Shown piece by piece: positions 31,279 to 41,442 of a stretch of DNA of 64,000 bases. Each line of letters starts with the position of its first letter. Position 1 is the stretch's first letter. The stretch is taken from positions 342,373 to 406,372 of the forward strand of contig CAVXXN010000004.1 in NCBI GenBank assembly GCA_963765715.1, written 5' to 3'. The stretch comes from Terriglobia bacterium (lineage in GTDB: Bacteria; Acidobacteriota; Terriglobia; Terriglobales; Acidobacteriaceae). Made by a program: the position numbers and the translations under genes. The notes under the pieces were generated by a model that worked only from the letters and a program-made list of their open reading frames with translations, was not told the DNA's origin and searched no databases.

Positions 31279-31402
31279 GGTTCCCATTTGCCGTGGTAAA
31301 AGCATTGACCGCCAAGGACGCTAAGTAACACGAAGGAAGTCCCTCTCGTCACTTGCCCCTCAACCCCTCAGCTTGCATCCCTGGTTGCTGGTGGTCTATT
31401 AT

Positions 31403-31422
31403 TTGAACGAACGTTCGAACAA
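31403..31422. promoter_or_regulatory. candidate TetR operator (imperfect 20-bp palindrome)
   Basis: ttgaacgaac|gttcgaacaa, with a perfect 10-bp core cgaacgttcg at 31408-31417, abutting the TetR start codon. Confidence 0.4.
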
Positions 31423-32114
31423 TGGCTACCGTCTCTCCAATCGATTCGCGGTTTTCAGGCCGGCGACGAAGTCCTGATTCGGGGCTTCGTCTGGAGACCC
31501 GCTTTGACCGCCGGCTGGCTAAGATCCTCGTCCACGCCACCAATGTTTTCTTCGAAAAGGGATATGCTGCCGCGTCGATGCGAGATCTATCGCGCGCTAG
31601 CGGAGTCTCGCTTTCTGGCCTGTACTACTACTTCAAATCAAAAGAAGAACTGCTTTATCTGATCCAAAAAGACACTTTTGCCACAATTGTCACCCGGTTG
31701 CGACAACGACTCGAAGGCGTCAGCGATCCCACGGAACGGATTCGCTGTTTCATCCTCAATCATCTGGAATATTTTCTCGCCAATCAAAAAGCGATGAAAG
31801 TTCTTTCGCATGAAGACGAAGTCCTTGGGAACGGCTTCGGCAGTGAGATCGCCGCCATCAAGCGCGAGTACTACCGCATATGCATCGAGCTCCTGGACAA
31901 CTACAAGGCGGCAAGAGGACTAGAATTTTCCAGTCGGACCGGAGTGCTCAGTCTGTTCGGGATGATGAACTGGATTTACACCTGGTACAACCCGCGGGTC
32001 GACGCTGGCGCCCAGGAATTGGCGAGAGAGATGGGCGACATTTTTCTGAAGGGTGTGGGAGCCACATCGGGCAAAGCGACGGGGACAAAGAGAAAACCAC
32101 ATTCTGCAAACTGA
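31422..32114 (+). CDS. TetR/AcrR family transcriptional regulator
   Basis: ATNVFFEKGYAAASMRDLSRASGVSLSGLYYYFKSKEELL helix-turn-helix. Confidence 0.9.
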   Translation: MATVSPIDSRFSGRRRSPDSGLRLETRFDRRLAKILVHATNVFFEKGYAAASMRDLSRASGVSLSGLYYYFKSKEELLYLIQKDTFATIVTRLRQRLEGVSDPTERIRCFILNHLEYFLANQKAMKVLSHEDEVLGNGFGSEIAAIKREYYRICIELLDNYKAARGLEFSSRTGVLSLFGMMNWIYTWYNPRVDAGAQELAREMGDIFLKGVGATSGKATGTKRKPHSAN

Positions 32115-32150
32115 AACGAACTATTACGATTGCAAAAAAGGAGTATGACC

Positions 32151-32972
32151 ATGGCAACTACAGTACAGCCGGCGAGCGGTGAGACTACGAAGCAGCTGAT
32201 TAACTATCGCGTGGATGGCGGCGTGGGAGTGATCGAGTTGAGCGATCCTCCGGCAAATACATATACCTACGAGATGAACCGCCAACTGGACGAGGCGATC
32301 CTGAAGGCACGCATGGACAACGATGTACACGTGATCGTGCTTACCGGTGCGGGAGACAAGTTTTTCTCCGCAGGCGCCAACATCAAGATGCTGGTCAGCG
32401 TCGATCCGACATTCAAGTATTACTTCTGTCTTCATGCCAACGAAACTCTGTTAAGGCTCGAGCACACTCCCAAGCTGGTCATCGCGGCGATCAATGGTCA
32501 TTGCGTAGGCGGCGGCCTGGAGATTGCCATGGCGGCGGACATTCGAATCGCGCGCCAGGATGCCGGGAAGATTGGTCTGCCGGAAGTGAACCTGGGTGTG
32601 TTGCCCGGAACTGGCGGCACGCAGAGGCTTTCGCGAATGGTGGGCAAAAGCAAGGCCATCGAATTGATGGTTACAGGGAATACTTTCTCTTTCGAAGAAG
32701 CGAAAGAGATGGGAATCGTGAACGACGTTTATGAGCGCGATAATTTCATGGAGAACATCATGGAGTATGCCCGCCAGTTCTGTCCGCCTAACAAAGCCTC
32801 AAAGGCCGTGGGACGGATCAAACGTGCGGTGCAGACGGGTTGGGAGATTCCCATGGAATCCGCGCTGGCGGTGGAGCGGGAAAATCAGCAGCTGCTGTTC
32901 CAAAGCGAGGATGCCAAGGAAGGCCTGGCAGCTTACGTGGAGAAGCGTCCAGCTACGTTCAAGGCTAAATAA
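32151..32972 (+). CDS. enoyl-CoA hydratase/isomerase family protein
   Basis: VIVLTGAGDKFFSAGANI, AAINGHCVGGGLEIAMAADIRIA, EGLAAYVEKRPATFK. aaggag lies 8 nt upstream of the ATG at 32151. Confidence 0.9.
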   Translation: MATTVQPASGETTKQLINYRVDGGVGVIELSDPPANTYTYEMNRQLDEAILKARMDNDVHVIVLTGAGDKFFSAGANIKMLVSVDPTFKYYFCLHANETLLRLEHTPKLVIAAINGHCVGGGLEIAMAADIRIARQDAGKIGLPEVNLGVLPGTGGTQRLSRMVGKSKAIELMVTGNTFSFEEAKEMGIVNDVYERDNFMENIMEYARQFCPPNKASKAVGRIKRAVQTGWEIPMESALAVERENQQLLFQSEDAKEGLAAYVEKRPATFKAK

Positions 32973-32980
32973 CAAAGTTA

Positions 32981-33051
32981 AACCACCAAGGACATTAAGT
33001 ATCACGAAGGAAGACTTTAAAACCTCGTGTTACTTCGTGTTCTTGGTGGTT
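32981..33051. repeat. REP-D inverted pair (aaccaccaaggac...cacgaagg hairpin)
   Basis: aaccaccaaggacattaagtatcacgaagg pairs with cctcgtgttacttcgtgttcttggtggtt. Relatives at 10272-10306 and 31307-31345. Confidence 0.8.
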
Positions 33052-33068
33052 CGAGAGGTTTAGAAATT

Positions 33069-34245
33069 ATGCCGGGAAAAGTTGCAAAGATCGGGACATT
33101 TAGCGACTGGGTTGGCTTGTTTGATGATTGGCGCAAGGACATTGGCGTCAATCACGATGAAATTGCCAGCTTCAAATTCGACACGCTATTCGGTGCTATC
33201 GAGACGGATGAGATCCAATTCGGACATTTCAAGGGACGGCGCAAATGGGAAAACCTGCGCCAGGTGCCTACGCAGCAGATGCGCGACGCGATGATGAACA
33301 TGATCGTCTATCAGGGCGACACCGAATTCGCCAGCGTGGAGCAGCAACGCTATCTTTTCGAGAGCGCACCCACCGACTGGGACCGGCGGGCGATCACACG
33401 GGTAATGATCGAAGAAATGCGTCATGGCTGGCAGATGTGCGCTTTGCTCGTCGACCACTTCGGTTATTCGGGAAAAGTGGAAGCGCAGAAGATGCTGGAA
33501 CGGCGGGCATTCGATAACAAGCGTCTGTTGGGCGCATTCAACGTTGACGTAGATAACTGGATGGATTTCTTCACATACACCGATTTCGTGGATCGTGATG
33601 GCAAATTCCAGTTGCAGATGTTCAAGTATTCGGCCTTCGCGCCGCTGGGGCGTTCGATGTCTTATATGCTGCGCGAGGAAGCGTTCCACATGGGGACGGG
33701 GAATGATGGTCTGCGCCGTATCGTGCAGGCCGGCGTGATTCCGGGCTGGCTGATCCAGAAGTATCTCAACAAGTGGATTTCGAGTTCCTACGATTTATTC
33801 GGGACCGATCACTCGTCGTCGGCACATTGGGCTTATGTGTGGGGTATCAAGGGACGGTATGACGAGCCGAAAAACGAGCAGACTGCGGACCTCGACGACT
33901 TGAACGACTACAACCGGCATCTTTATCGCGATGAGGTGGCGGCGATTGATCGAGCGATTTAACGGGGTGCTGGCGGCGGGCCAGCCCAGGCTTTATGCTC
34001 CGCACATCAAGTTCAATCGCCACATCGGACGCTGGTCGGGACAGAAATTCCATGCGCAGACTGGCGAGGCGATTGACGATACCTCGTACGACGGGCACCT
34101 GAAAGAGTACATGCCGTCCGGCCGAGGACAAGAAGTTTTGCTCGATATCATCAGCAGCGAGAAAAAGTGGATTGTACCAAAAGAAGGCGCGCGCGATCCG
34201 CTGGCTTCGATTGGCGAGGTTCGCAAGTCAGCAATTAATTTGTAA
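33069..34245 (+). CDS. BoxB-like diiron acyl-CoA oxygenase (benzoyl-CoA 2,3-epoxidase subunit B family), one +1 frame disruption near 33940
   Basis: IVYQGDTEFASVEQQRYL, MIEEMRHGW, FVDRDGKFQL and MLREEAFHMG give two E-x-x-H diiron motifs. The C-terminus continues in ORF 33931-34245 (LIERFNGVL...HIKFNRHIG). Confidence 0.65.
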
Positions 34246-34328
34246 GGGTTTGATTTGCGGATCACCGGAGCTCTACGGATTCACAAACAGTTCGCAGATC
34301 CCGGTTCTTCAGTTGAAATAATCTGACG

Positions 34329-35090
34329 ATGGCTGAAGCTACTTACACTCTGGGTGAGTTGATGGTGGCCAGCGCGGCGCGGGAGATCCGTGATGGTGAA
34401 GTGGTTTTCGTCGGGATGCGCCTGCCGCTCATCGCGTTTGTGGTGGCAAAGAAGACCCACGCGCCCAACGCCGTTGGACTATTCGAGAATGGCGTAATCC
34501 GGACCACGCCCGCGCCGGAATTGATTTACACGATGGCCGACCCGCCGAATCTACTCGGCGCAACCCAGTGTCTCGATATGCTGGGGGTGATGAGCCTGTT
34601 GCAATCGGGACGCGTGAATCTCGGCTTCCTGGGAGCGGCGGAAGTTGACCGCTTCGGCAACCTGAATTCGACCGAAGTTCACGGGCCGAAGGGGTTGACA
34701 CGATTGCCGGGATCGGGTGGTGCCTGCGATATTGCGTCCCTGGCGCACCGTTTTGTGGCCTTGTTGGAGCATAGCAAGGGACGCCTGCCGGAGCGGGTCT
34801 CATATCTTACCAGCCCGGGAAACGGTGACGGGGCGGGTTGGCGGCGACATATGGGTCTGCCGCGGGGCGGTCCTGCGGCCGTGATCACGACCAAGGCTGT
34901 GCTTCGCTTCGGCAATGATGGTGAGGCTTACCTGTCATCTGTGCATCCCGGAGTTGAAGTTGACGACATCTTACGCAACACAGGATGGAATCTGCGTATT
35001 CCCGGCAAGGTTTCACCGACGCAGGAGCCCAGCGCGGAAGAATTGAAAGCCATCCGGGAATACGACAAAGACGGATTCTGGACCAAGTAA
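34329..35090 (+). CDS. CoA-transferase subunit B-like protein (glutaconate / 3-oxoacid CoA-transferase family)
   Basis: LGFLGAAEVDRFGNLNST....G...RLPGSGGACDIA. Confidence 0.8.
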   Translation: MAEATYTLGELMVASAAREIRDGEVVFVGMRLPLIAFVVAKKTHAPNAVGLFENGVIRTTPAPELIYTMADPPNLLGATQCLDMLGVMSLLQSGRVNLGFLGAAEVDRFGNLNSTEVHGPKGLTRLPGSGGACDIASLAHRFVALLEHSKGRLPERVSYLTSPGNGDGAGWRRHMGLPRGGPAAVITTKAVLRFGNDGEAYLSSVHPGVEVDDILRNTGWNLRIPGKVSPTQEPSAEELKAIREYDKDGFWTK

Positions 35091-35109
35091 CATTTCTGCT
35101 CCGCTGAAA

Positions 35110-35899
35110 ATGAAAACCAGCGAGACACTTTCGCGATCGCGAATCAACTTGGAGATCCAACCTCCTCTGGCGCGCATCTGCCTGTGTAATCCGCCGCTGA
35201 ACGTGATCGATATCGCGATGATGGAAGAACTCACGGTAGCTCTGGGCGAGATCGAAGCACGAAATGAGCTATCCATTATCTTGCTGAGCGGTACCGGAAA
35301 GGCGTTTTCGGTTGGAGTGGACGTCGCCGACCATACACCCGACAAAGGTGCAGAACATGCTGAGCAAGTTTCACGCGGTGATTCGTGCGCTGATCGGCAC
35401 AAAGAAAGTGACCATCGCATGCGTGCATGGCCATTGTCTGGGCGGCGGGGCGGAACTGGCGATGGTGTGCGACATGGTGTATACCGCCGACAACGCGGGG
35501 TGGGGGTTCCCTGAGATCAAACTGGGATGCTATCCACCTGTCGCCGCGACGGCGCTGGCGGCATTAGTCGGGCAGAAACATGCCGCGGAACTGATGCTCA
35601 CCGGGCGCACGATCCAGCGGTCAGGAAGCAGCAAACATTGGCCTGGCAAACCGCGCAGTTCCCGAGAGCTGAAGTAGAGGCCACTGTGCTGGAAACCGTG
35701 CAGGAGCTATCGAAACTCAGTTCGGCTGCGCTGGCTGTGGCCAAAAAGGCGATGTACGGCTGGGACTCGATGCACTTCGACAAAGGCTTGGCGCGGGCGG
35801 AAAAGATTTATCTGGATGAGTTGATGAAGATCGAAGACATGCACGAGGGCATTCAACGCCTTTCTGGAGAAGCGGCCGCCAAAGTGGAAGGGAAAGTAG
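35110..35899 (+). CDS. enoyl-CoA hydratase/isomerase family protein, four successive +1 frame disruptions
   Basis: Phase runs 1, 2, 0, 1, 2 across LLSGTGKAFSVGVDVADH, CVHGHCLGGGAELAMVCD, TGRTISGQEAANIGLANRAVP, AEVEATVLE...AKKAMY and AFLEKRPPKWKGK, with the stop at 35897-35899. Confidence 0.75.
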
Positions 35900-36825
35900 A
35901 TGTCGAGCGCCTCCAAAGTTCGATCCATGCGCGAAGCCATCGCTGAGTTTGTCCCGGACGGCGCTGCCGTCGCGCTTGGTCTGCAAATGGAGCAGATGAT
36001 TCCTTTTGCCGCGGGGCACGAGATAGTTCGGCAGGGCAAACGCGGCCTCACACTGATTGGACCGATCTCGGACATTCTGTTCGATCAAATGATCGTCGGC
36101 GGATGTGTCGAACGAGTGATTGCAGCATGGGTTGGAAACGTGATGATGGGGTCGGCCTACAATTTCCGACGCGCGGCGGAGCGCGGCAGCGTCAAAGTCA
36201 CCAACATGACGAATTTCAGCGTCGCGCTGGCGCTTCAGGCCGCTGCGATGGGCGTACCGTTTCTTCCGACTCGAACGGCGCTTGGCAGCGATGTAGCGCA
36301 AGGGAATGAGTTTTTCGCCGAGATCGGATCGCCGTTTGCTGAGCGATGACGCTGCAAAACTGCATGCGGTGCAAGGCGCTTTCGCCGGATGTTGCGATAG
36401 TTCACTTGCAACGGGCCGACCGCGATGGGAATGCGCATTGCTGGGGGAATTTCGGCGTCATGATCGAAGCGGTGCGAGCGTCGAAGCGCGTGATCGTCGT
36501 GGCCGAAGAGATTGTCGAACCGGACGTGATTGCAAGCGATCCGAACCGGACGGTAATTCCGGGATTTCTGGTCGACGCAGTGGTAGAGTGCCGGTACGGC
36601 GCACATCCGTCACCGGTGCAGGGATATTACAAGCGTGACGATGCGTTCTTCCGTCAGTATCACGAACAGACGAAGGCGCCAGCAGACAGCGCCGCATGGT
36701 TGCAGCGTTGGGTTCATGGCGTTGCCGATCGTCAAGCGTGCATGAATCAGTTGGGCGGGTGTCGCGTGGAAGAACTGGGTGTCAAGAAACATGCATACGC
36801 GGCGCCGACGGATTTTGGGTATTAA
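35900..36825 (+). CDS. CoA-transferase subunit A-like protein, two +1 frame disruptions near 36345-36380
   Basis: MREAIAEFVPDGAAVALG, then ALSPDVAIVHLQRADRDGNAH. Its ATG directly follows the previous stop (TAGATG). Confidence 0.75.
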
Positions 36826-36959
36826 AGGCGCTCCTAGCTGCTGGCTCCTAGCCTCTAGCTGCTCGCTTTCCTCGATCAGCTCGCGGCTTGAATCCAGTGC
36901 TCAGTGGATAGTGGTCAGTGGCTAGAAGCCAGAAGCTAGTAGTTAGAAGCGGTTTACCT

Positions 36960-37283
36960 ATGGACTTTGAAATCAGCGCCGGTTTCGTAAAAAGCATGCT
37001 CAAGCGTGGGGACAAGTTCACGCTGCTGGATGTGCGCGAGCCCTGGGAGTTGGAGAAGGCGAGCCTGGAAGGCACAAAGAATATTCCTATGGGCGATGTG
37101 ACCATGCGTGCCCACCAGGAACTTGATCCGGAAGACCACATCGTGGTGGTTTGCCATCACGGGGTGCGGTCGCTCAGCGTTACGAATTGGCTCCGGCAGC
37201 AAGGATTTGAAAAGGTGCAGTCGATGCGGGGCGGCATCGACGGTTGGGCGCGAACTGTGGATCCGAAAGTTCCGTTGTATTGA
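36960..37283 (+). CDS. rhodanese-like domain protein
   Basis: LLDVREPWE and the active-site loop VVCHHGVRS. Confidence 0.85.
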   Translation: MDFEISAGFVKSMLKRGDKFTLLDVREPWELEKASLEGTKNIPMGDVTMRAHQELDPEDHIVVVCHHGVRSLSVTNWLRQQGFEKVQSMRGGIDGWARTVDPKVPLY

Positions 37284-37329
37284 AAAACAGTTGTCGGTGG
37301 GCGGTTGTCAGTTGTCAGTAGGAAAGACT

Positions 37330-37944
37330 CTAGCGCGATGTGAACAGGTGGCCCAGTTTTTCTTTTTTAGTCTTCAGGTAGTCCTCAGTGTGGGCCGAGG
37401 GCGCAACTTCGCAAGGTACTCGTTCAGCCACGACGATGCCGCCGTTTTCCAGCGCCGCGACTTTATCGGGATTGTTGGACAGCAGGCGCACGCTTTTGAC
37501 GCCGAGCAATTTCAGGATCTCCGCGGGTAGGGCAAATTCGCGGTGGTCAGCTTTGAAACCCAGACGTTCGTTGGCCTCGACTGTATCCAATCCTTGGTCC
37601 TGTAATTCGTATGCCTGTAGCTTAGGCATCAAGCCAATTCCGCGACCCTCCTGCTGCTCGTAAATCAGAATTCCCGCGCCTTCTTCGGCGATCATCGACA
37701 GCGCCATTTCCAGTTGGTCACGGCAGTCACAGCGCAGCGAACCAAAAACATCGCCAGTAAGGCACTGGGAGTGAATGCGAACCAACGGCGGCGAAGAATG
37801 AATATCGCCCATAACCAGGGCTACGGCTTCCTCGTCCTTTGCTTGCGAGCCGGGGCCAAACTCTCCCCGAAAGCCGTGAATGCGGAAAGTGCCCCAGCGG
37901 GTGGGGAAGTCAGCAGAGGCAATCTGTCGAACCTGAACAGCCAC
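37330..37944 (-). CDS. ribA: GTP cyclohydrolase II
   Basis: VRIHSQCLTGDVFGSLRCDCRDQL and YEQQEGRGIGL. Confidence 0.93.
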   Translation of the reverse strand: MAVQVRQIASADFPTRWGTFRIHGFRGEFGPGSQAKDEEAVALVMGDIHSSPPLVRIHSQCLTGDVFGSLRCDCRDQLEMALSMIAEEGAGILIYEQQEGRGIGLMPKLQAYELQDQGLDTVEANERLGFKADHREFALPAEILKLLGVKSVRLLSNNPDKVAALENGGIVVAERVPCEVAPSAHTEDYLKTKKEKLGHLFTSR

Positions 37945-38003
37945 AAGAACATTATAGCGGGACGCAGTGGAGAGTCGCTGGAAGGAGGCTTTGGTGCCGC
38001 GAG

Positions 38004-38702
38004 CTAACCCTTACCCAAACGAGGGAAGTGATAGAAGACGTCCTGCTTCGACGGGATGGCGACGCCGTTCCGGGTGGCGGGGCGAAAGCGCCAGTTGTTC
38101 AACGCTTCGAGCACTTTGCCGTCGATCGAGGGAGCCAGGCTTTGAAGCACTACTTTCCGGACGATATTTCCTTGTTCGTCTATCGTGACTTCGATTACGA
38201 CATCGCCCTGAACGCCGTTCAATTCGTCCGCCGCGACGATGGGGTCAGGAGAGACGACGGGCAATGCCGGACGGACCTCTTCTCCGCTTAAAGGCCCTTC
38301 CAATACCGTCCCTGACGGCATCCCCGCTGGGCGAACGTTGGAAACCTCACCCGGTGACGAAGTCTGATCTTCGGAGCCGAGTTTCGGTCGGGCTTGGTCA
38401 CGCTTCGGGGTTTTCGATACCTTACCTTTTCGTTGTCTATATGTGAGGTGTGCGTTCAGCTGCTGAACGGTCGACGAGTCGGCCGTGCCAGGAGATGAAT
38501 CATTTACCAACTGGGTTCGTTGGTTCGGCCAGTAGAGGTGTGCGATCTGGGTTCCATGGTCGCCGTTAACGACGAAGGACGGTGCGACCACTTTTGGGGT
38601 GGGCGCGCGCAGAAGCCAAAGCAGCAGTAAACAGTGAAAGGCCACGGAACACAGCTTGGCTATAGGGTAACGGCGACTACGAGGTTGAAGCGACGTAAAC
38701 AT
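38004..38702 (-). CDS. energy transducer TonB family protein
   Basis: N-terminal TM segment, a Pro/Ser-rich linker, and a C-terminal GDVVIEVTIDEQGNIV...LEALNNWRFRPATRNG domain. Confidence 0.8.
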   Translation of the reverse strand: MFTSLQPRSRRYPIAKLCSVAFHCLLLLWLLRAPTPKVVAPSFVVNGDHGTQIAHLYWPNQRTQLVNDSSPGTADSSTVQQLNAHLTYRQRKGKVSKTPKRDQARPKLGSEDQTSSPGEVSNVRPAGMPSGTVLEGPLSGEEVRPALPVVSPDPIVAADELNGVQGDVVIEVTIDEQGNIVRKVVLQSLAPSIDGKVLEALNNWRFRPATRNGVAIPSKQDVFYHFPRLGKG

Positions 38703-38842
38703 TCAAAATCAATGCGATGTACCCTTATTAGACGTTGAAACTCTCAGGAGGTAAACACAATTGTTGTGGAGGAGCGTGCGTGTTCTGGGGTTTGGTCTTG
38801 ACGGAAAACGCTGCTAAAATTGCGTTGTCGATCCCGCCACGT

Positions 38843-38918
<76 letters not shown>

Positions 38919-38985
38919 AATAAATCCCAAAAAAAGTGGCAGTCTACGACGGATACACAACGAAATGTAACCAAATCCTGCCCAT

Positions 38986-39201
38986 GTGGGTACAATGCAA
39001 GGCCGCAGTCTGTCGAAAGAAACGACAGAACAGTCGAAGACACTTTTTCAAAAGCAGCTTCTTCCCTGGGCGAAGCACCGTGGCCTAAATCGGTTGCGCG
39101 ATCTAACATCGGCCGAGCTGGTCGATTTCCGGGCTACATGGAAGAACAATGGTCTAACGGCGAACCGCAAACTCTCGCGTCTAGGCTCGACCTGGTTCTG
39201 A
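38986..39201 (+). pseudogene. tyrosine integrase, N-terminal fragment only
   Basis: LLPWAKHRGLNRLRDLTSAELVDFRATWKNNGLTANRKLSRL resembles the SAM-like N-terminal domain of phage integrases. No catalytic domain follows. Confidence 0.5.
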
Positions 39202-39597
39202 CCGTTGCGCATGTGCTTCACAATCTCGCGCTCGGCAGCGATGGTCTTGACGGTTGTGAGGAGTTGCGCTGTCTAATGCGCGCTCTGTTGGACACTGACA
39301 AATTCGCCGGATCTTTGGCGGCATGCCAGACTGTCGCGAACCTCGGCGTATCTGATCTCGCCCATACCACGACGGAGCGAGTCCCGGACCAAGAGTCGCT
39401 CATCGACGACGGCCTCGCGCTCAAAGTTTTTGTCATCCGCGAAAGTGACAGCTTCATTGACGCGTTGTGTGGAATCGATTCTCGGCGCCAGCCGTTCGAC
39501 GCGTTGCCGTGCGGCCCTGACAACCGCTTCAGGCTGATTTCCGAAGTCTGCTGCGGGTCGGCGATGAGCGACTAGGACCTCCCGTGGGGACAGGATC
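39195..39597 (-). pseudogene. conjugative relaxase (TrwC/TraI-type) internal fragment, frameshifted
   Basis: Absent from the ORF track because it has no start codon. Hand translation gives AVVRAARQRVERLAPRIDSTQRVNEAVTFADDKNFEREAVVDERLLVRDSLRRGMGEIRYAEV, then in another frame LLTTVKTIAAEREIVKHMRNGQNQVEP. Confidence 0.5.
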
Positions 39598-39602
39598 GTG
39601 CG

Positions 39603-40221
39603 TTAGATTTGCTTGCCAAGAATCAGGGGCACATAGCTTCGGGCGTCTTGCAGCAATTGCTCGCGCGCAATACCGGCCTTGGCGCGAAGTTGCAAACCCT
39701 TCATCAAGTCAACGAGCGCACGGCCTCGCACCTTGGCAGAGGGTGTGCGAGTCAGGCGCCCCGCCTTCATCTCCTGCTCGAAACGTTTCGCGAAAATATC
39801 AGCAGCTGCGGTGAGGCCCTTCGCGAGACAGGAACGGATCTCCGTTACTCGCTCCGACTGTCCCAGCGCCGCGGCGACCATCATGCAACCGCCGCGAGCC
39901 TCACCCGAAGCGAGTGTTGACGGTAGCCTCGCAAAAGGCGGTCACGGCCTTGTGGATGTCCGGCTCCGCTTGAAACGCTGCCATTATGGGAGCTCCATAC
40001 GTCATCGCATAGCGCTCGACCGCCTTGAGCAGCAGGGTGGACTTGTCTCCGAAGGCTCGGTATAGCGCGGGTTTGGTGACGTTCACGGCCTGTGCGATCC
40101 GATCTACGTCGACTCCTTCATACCCATGCTCCCAAAACATCTCAACGGCACGGTCGAGTGCTTCGTCGGGGATAAAGCCTTTTGGACGTCCTCGGGCGCG
40201 CTTCGAAATATTAGTTACCAT
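39603..40221 (-). CDS. TetR/AcrR family regulator, one frame disruption near 39890
   Basis: RGRPKGFIPDEALDRAVEMFWEHGYEGVDVDRIAQAVNVTKPALYRAFGDK. The C-terminus continues in ORF 39603-39884. Confidence 0.8.
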
Positions 40222-40364
40222 TGCGTACGAAACTCCTTGCATTGCAGCTGTGATTATCGTACTCTCGCGTATGTAATACTTCAAGACAGATAAACACAGG
40301 AGACAACATGGATAGGTTCAAAGGAAAAACAGCACGACCTTCACCCTTCACCACGGAGACGCCC

Positions 40365-41340
40365 ATGGAACATTCGATCGCGCTCGTCACCGGCACCACC
40401 TCCGGGCTCGGTTATGCGGCAGCCCGCCTGCTCGCCACAGAGGGCTGGCGCGAGATCATCGTCACCGGGCGCAGCCTGGCCCGGGTCCAGGAAACGGCCG
40501 CTCAACTCGCGGCTGAGACCAAAACACAGGTCTTCACGCCGCTGGAGCTGGATCTGAACGCGCCGGCCAGCGTTCAATCCGCCCTCGCCGAGCTGGTCAA
40601 GCGAGGTCGGCCGATCGATTTCCTGCTGCTCAATGCCGGGATTGGTCCCAAGCAAGAAGCGCGTGATCACTGCGGCGGGCGTCGAGGCGTCTCAGGCCCC
40701 GCTGATCGGCCATCATCAACTGACTGTCGGGTTGCTTCGCGCCAACCTGCTGAGCCCCAACGCGCGGATTGTTATCGCCGGCGCGGAGCCTGCCCGCGGG
40801 GGCGTACCCATGTTCAAGTACACCGACGTGCCAGCCTTCGCGGCCAAATACCACCGGGGTGACCGAACCGCCGCTGTGGAAGCCCTGATTCGCAACGGGC
40901 CGAACGTGAAGTACGTGCCCAACAATGCGTATGCCGACGCGAAGCTCATCATCGCTTGGTGGGCCGCGGCGCTGGCGCGCCGGCTACCCTCCGGCATGGC
41001 CGTGTACGCTGTCTCGCCCGGTGGGGCGACCGACACCAAGGTGGTGCGAAACGCTGGCCCGTTGTTGAAGTATCTGTTTATCCCAATCGTGAACCTCATT
41101 CCCGGCATGAATCAGACGCCGGAGACCGCGGCCCGTCGGTACCTCCAGGCGTCGGAGTTCGGAACCGACGTCTCAGGGCAATTCTTCGCCTCGGCTCAAG
41201 GGAAGTTCTCGGGCCCAATTGAGGCGCAGCGCCACCCACACCTCCACGATCGCGCCAGCCAGGAAGCCGCGTGGCAGGCCGTCGTCAAGGTCTCCGGCGT
41301 CGACTTGTCTCACCCAGCATCCTTGACCGCGGTGTCCTGA
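40365..41340 (+). CDS. SDR family oxidoreductase, one +1 frame disruption near 40650
   Basis: IALVTGTTSGLGYAAA and LLLNAGI. The second frame carries NNAYADAK (YxxxK). Divergent from the TetR gene. Confidence 0.8.
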
Positions 41341-41442
41341 GGAGCTGATCGGCGCGCAACAGTATGCCAAAGAACATCGCCACCTCGCTAACTTGAATCA
41401 CGGCGACAGAATGAATAACAACCAATCATCAGGAGAATAAAC

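Noticed and set aside
37945-38003. An FMN riboswitch upstream of ribA.
   Set aside because: Only 59 nt separate ribA from the upstream tonB-like gene, which is too short, and there is no RFN-like conserved sequence.
40222-40364. A palindromic operator in the divergent TetR-SDR intergenic region of the island.
   Set aside because: I could not find a convincing inverted repeat of 6 bp or more per arm by eye, so it is left unannotated.
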